Below, one piece after another: positions 56,245-59,697 of a stretch of DNA of 59,697 nt. The notes beneath the pieces are model-generated. The model searched no databases and was not told the origin of the DNA. It worked only from the letters and a program-made list of their open reading frames with translations. The stretch's first letter is position 1. Each line of letters begins with the position of its first letter. Both the position numbers and the translations under genes were made by a program. The stretch lies in NCBI GenBank assembly GCA_030141605.1, contig JAQGDQ010001142.1:1-59697 (forward strand), given 5' to 3'. Origin of the DNA: Tubiluchus corallicola (taxonomy: Eukaryota; Animalia; Priapulida).

Positions 56245-59200
56245 TTAAATGTGCTGCATTGTAAATCCTAGGCATGGAAATCATACTTTTTGGTAAACAC
56301 AGGCAGCTTTGATGAAATGAATAAATAAATACGTTTACTATATGCAATATATATATAATACAGTAAGTGATCGCTTAACGACACTAATGCATTACATCAA
56401 AATGCGACATTAAGAGAAACATTGTTAAACAAAGCACAGAAAGTAATGTAAAAGAATTGAGATACATTCGAGAGGCAAAAATCAATGCTGTTTAAATCAA
56501 AAAAATTAAACGTTTTATGAGTTTGACTCATGTTTTTACTGGTAATTTCTTTCTGTTTGCTTGAAACCACTTATATAGCTCATTTACCAATACCTAGTTA
56601 GCGGTTTGTCTTTTGTTAAGGTCTAAGTCTAGGCAGCGGTTAAACAATGAACACTGCAACAGAGTGAAAGCCAAGCCCTGGGGCGACCTTGGGAATTTCA
56701 TCTAGATACTTAGTCTGGTTGCTATAACAACAGGTTGCACACAAAACTCCTTAGTATAAAGTTTGTTGCTAAGTCTCACTTAATATAAATGGCTAGCATT
56801 CAGTGGTCAGTCGGGAAGCAGAATAATGCAATATGTACATGTTTAATGCTCCAAATTAATTAAAAACGTTGTTGATGAAATAAAAATGGCTGTGAGCAAA
56901 GTAAAAATAATTGTCGTTAAAATGAAACATGTGTCGTTAAGTGTGAAAAAATTTCAAATGTTCAGCGTTGTTAAAACAAAACGTTGCTAAAAGGGGGTCA
57001 TTAATCGAGGACTGCATAGTTACATACTGTACTAAACAACAACGACGAATCGAAACATTTCATGTGGTGTCAATAACTTTCCGATAATTACCGAATTGAT
57101 AACCATCAGGTACGTAGCCAGGCTCCAAAGTCAGGCAGAACAAATGCATAAAAAAGGCACGGTAAAACACACCAAACAATTTTTAACACATTCATTATAA
57201 TTCAATTCAAATCAATTCAACCTTATTTTCTTGTTTTGGTGATTATACGTTTATATTTTGTGTTTAAAATCAAAACAAAGGAAGATACAATTTTAAAGGA
57301 AGTACATAATTCTTCTTTTGTATTAAAAATTAAAAAACAATTAAAAGTTTTACAGTAAGCCCATAAATCGCAAGACGTAATAGAAACATGTGTGTTAATT
57401 TTAAACATAAAATGAAAACAAAATGAATCATTGTGAAAAATGTATCACAAAGGAAATACAACAGTCTCTTTCGTCTAGGCTTCATTCTACCAAAGTAATC
57501 TATACCTTCGTTATAACCCACCTCGGTAGTAGCCAACTCTCTTTCAATGGAGATCAAAGGTAACCTAGACAATCTATCCTCTTTATTACAATCCACCTCG
57601 GTAGCCAATTCTCTTTCAGTGGAAATGAAAGCTAACCCAGACAATCTATCTTCTTTATTATAATCGACCTCACCTACTCTCTTTCAATGGAGATCAAAGC
57701 TAACCCAGACAATCTATCCTCTTTATTGCAATCCACCTCAGTAACCAACTCTCTTTCAATGGAGAGCAAAGCTAACCTAGACAATCTATCCTCTTTATTA
57801 CAATCGACCTCAGTAGCCAACTCTCTTTCAATGGAGATCAAAACTAACCCAGACAATCTAACCTCTTTATTACAATCGACCTCACCAACTCTCTTTCAAT
57901 GGAGAGCAAAGCTAACCCAGACAATCTATCCTCTTTATTGCAATCCACCTCAGTAACCAACTCTCTTTCAATGGAGAGCAAAGCTAACCTAGACAATCTA
58001 TCCTCTTTATTACAATCGACCTCAGTAGCCAACTCTCTTTCAATGGAGATCAAAACTAACCCAGACAATCTAACCTCTTTATTACAATCGACCTCACCAA
58101 CTCTCTTTCAATGGAGAGCAAAGCTAACCCAGACAATCTATCCTCTTTATTACAACCCACCTCAGTAGCCAACTCTCTTTCAAAGGAGAGCAAAGCTAAC
58201 GCACCTCGCCCATTGTAGACAGACAGTACGACTTTATCTGTTTCAGCCGACTAAAGGATCATTCAGCAACCGCACAAATGAACTAAAAAATTGTTGAAAA
58301 CTCTCCAATTTTGAAAAATGTGCTAGGAGGAGCAGTTTCTGCCCCTACTCCCCTATTAGCTATGCCACTGATAAATATCACTAGTAAATTTAAACGTACA
58401 AGCAAAAAACTGTAGAGAAATCATCCTGCTTAGAAACTTACCAGGTTTGGGCAATGTTTTCACTGGTGAATCATTTCCAGTTGAAGCAATGCTGTCACCT
58501 GAAACAAAAAATACCTGTTCAGATCCGGGTAGAGGAATGAAACATCTCCAAATGTACCTTCTCCATTTCACTCGGAGTAATTAGTAACACCCAACAGAAA
58601 CCTAATACAGACACGAGAGAGAGAGGGGTGTCAATTTGTTAGTTATTTTTAATCTGGATTTCAAAAATATAGTCAAACCTCTTTATACTGCCATCTTTGG
58701 GACTGCAAAAAAGTTGACATTATAACGAGGTGCATTAATACATACATGCTATGCAAATGCAGACGTTTTATTTTGCTAAAAATTCAGACGATAAGTGAGG
58801 TTGACATTATGGGGGGGGGGGTATAACGAGATGTGACTGTAATTATATCTAATCTTAATTTCTAAAATATTCGATAAAATTGGGCATTAAAATTGGGCAC
58901 TTGAAGCACCCACCAAATTATCCAGAAAGAACAGATAACGTTCTATATAATTTTGAAACAATGCTTGGACAACATTGGCTGCATTAATGTGAGTGAAATT
59001 TAACTATCAGTACGGATGAGCATTCTTTGTCGGAAAATGAATTTGAATCAAATCGAATTCCTGACTTTCGAACTCAAATAAAACGCAATTTTGAGATTTC
59101 GAATCCAAAAAGCGTTCAAATTCAGTTTTAAAGATTTCTCGAATATTTAATAAAAGGCGGTCTCAATAGATCATGTATGTTACTTGATTTTCCCCAGCAA

Positions 59201-59582
59201 TAAAAACTATTTATAATTTGTTTGAGAAATTAAATTGCGCCGATTACATGGTGTTTCAAGCGTCTTAATGATGAAGACTTATTCGAATCCATAATTCGAA
59301 TCGAATTCAAATTAAAAAAACTTGTCCTAATCAATTAATCAAACTTCAACGTTTGACGTTCACCCCTAGTACATTTGAGCTAGATTCAGCTCCCACCACA
59401 CCCGTCTACGTCGTACGTCATGCTGATGAGCGCTGGATCCCGGATTGTAAAAAAATAATCACCCCAGCTGCTTCCGGTATCCGAGTCGACAACCTGGTGA
59501 CTTTCCTCGTCCTCGACTGTAGCAACGAGCTTCGCGTCTGTTCCACGTTCTTCAACATTTGCTTCATTTGCACTTTCATCAG
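45130..59582 (-). CDS. CENPJ: Centromere protein J / CPAP / SAS-4, 3' part (5' end outside window)
   Basis: In-frame exons 59582-59397(?), 58498-58442, 56125-55854, 54243-54046, 52394-51717, 49874-49734, 46968-46895, 46782-46659, 46036-45965, 45258-45130; [12 protein letters not shown] motif, coiled coils, TCP10/G-box repeats (FPNG, YPDG); AATAAA at 45026-45021. Confidence 0.93.
45965..46036 (-). CDS. CENPJ: CENPJ TCP-domain exon
   Basis: [24 protein letters not shown]. Confidence 0.93.
46659..46782 (-). CDS. CENPJ: CENPJ TCP-domain exon
   Basis: [41 protein letters not shown]. Confidence 0.93.
46895..46968 (-). CDS. CENPJ: CENPJ TCP-domain exon
   Basis: [25 protein letters not shown]. Confidence 0.93.
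47148..47202 (+). mobile_element. tRNA-derived SINE head
   Basis: A box tagtttggcgg, B box ggttcaaatcc at tRNA-like spacing. Confidence 0.6.
47345..47651. mobile_element. MITE, copy 1 (~18-bp TIR)
   Basis: taagccttttcccagttt / gaactgtgaaaaggctta; homologous to 51301-51680. Confidence 0.8.
48045..48109. repeat. (GA)n microsatellite
   Basis: direct reading. Confidence 0.95.
49308..49652. repeat. 70-bp tandem repeat, ~5 copies
   Basis: ataatttttagcctccgacaatgtacaaaatggcaacc...ctatgccagataa. Confidence 0.93.
49734..49874 (-). CDS. CENPJ: CENPJ TCP-domain exon
   Basis: [47 protein letters not shown]. Confidence 0.93.
51301..51680. mobile_element. MITE, copy 2
   Basis: Same TIRs and body as 47345-47651 with an internal insertion. 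Confidence 0.8.
51717..52394 (-). CDS. CENPJ: CENPJ exon (coiled coil plus low-complexity linker)
   Basis: [37 protein letters not shown]...EIRKLANGQ; 678 nt, phase 0-0. Confidence 0.88.
54046..54243 (-). CDS. CENPJ: CENPJ coiled-coil exon
   Basis: EVQKLRS...[38 protein letters not shown]. Confidence 0.93.
54427..54935. mobile_element. TTCGAA-rich MITE with an internal ~30-bp tandem expansion
   Basis: TIR tagaagtgagcat / atgcccactgcta; gatttgagggagtttttttagttcgaatt units at 54480-54710. Confidence 0.7.
55854..56125 (-). CDS. CENPJ: CENPJ exon
   Basis: [19 protein letters not shown]...[32 protein letters not shown]. Confidence 0.92.
56177..56242. repeat. (GT)n microsatellite
   Basis: direct reading. 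Confidence 0.97.
57500..58200. repeat. ~72-bp tandem array with a 212-bp (72+72+68) higher-order unit
   Basis: ctctctttcaatggagatcaaagctaacccagacaatctatcctctttatt... starts at 57677, 57749, 57821, 57889, 57961, 58033, 58101. Confidence 0.93.
58442..58498 (-). CDS. CENPJ: Probable CENPJ small exon (phase 1-1)
   Basis: tttcag / gtaagt; [18 protein letters not shown]. Confidence 0.7.
58669..58841. mobile_element. Short Tigger-like MITE
   Basis: tagtcaaacctctttata / tataacgagatgtgactgta. Confidence 0.55.
59397..59582 (-). CDS. CENPJ: Probable CENPJ acidic exon; donor uncertain
   Basis: ttctag acceptor; [42 protein letters not shown]...; weak G/GTGGGA donor keeps phase 1. Confidence 0.55.
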
Positions 59583-59697
59583 CTAGAAATGAAGAAACGA
59601 AGAACCAAATTAGTCATTCATGCAAGAACTCGTGAATTACTTGTAGAGGATGTGGTAATGGCTCACATCACTAACGAATGTAGAAGATAACGAGACT

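Noticed and set aside
57674-58168. Repetitive ORFs in the 72-bp array (also 30206-30513, 49315-49640)
   Set aside because: Products of tandem units with frame-breaking variants and no splice context

Overview
AT-rich eukaryotic (invertebrate animal-like) genomic DNA with four protein-coding genes. (1) A complete 19-coding-exon NCLX/SLC8B1-type (CCX family) cation/Ca2+ exchanger on the minus strand (ATG 29682 to stop 455, about 940 aa as spliced by hand). It has two U12-type minor introns, altered glycines in both alpha repeats, and a greatly expanded cytoplasmic loop built from symmetric phase-1 exons that are His-rich and carry kinase motifs. (2) A Cyclin K gene with an intronless CDS (minus, 37490-38998). 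(3) A divergently oriented intronless BTB-BACK gene with a MATH-like C-terminus (plus, 42129-43349). (4) The 3' part of CENPJ/SAS-4 (minus, 45130 to beyond the window end). Introns and intergenic DNA hold a decayed C2H2 zinc-finger array, many tandem arrays (4, 17, 21, 43, 47, 56, 70, 72 and 80 bp units), MITEs, tRNA-derived SINE heads and LINE fragments. There is no CRISPR, rRNA or prokaryotic system. Exon models come from reading GT/AG sites and frame continuity, not from expression data.
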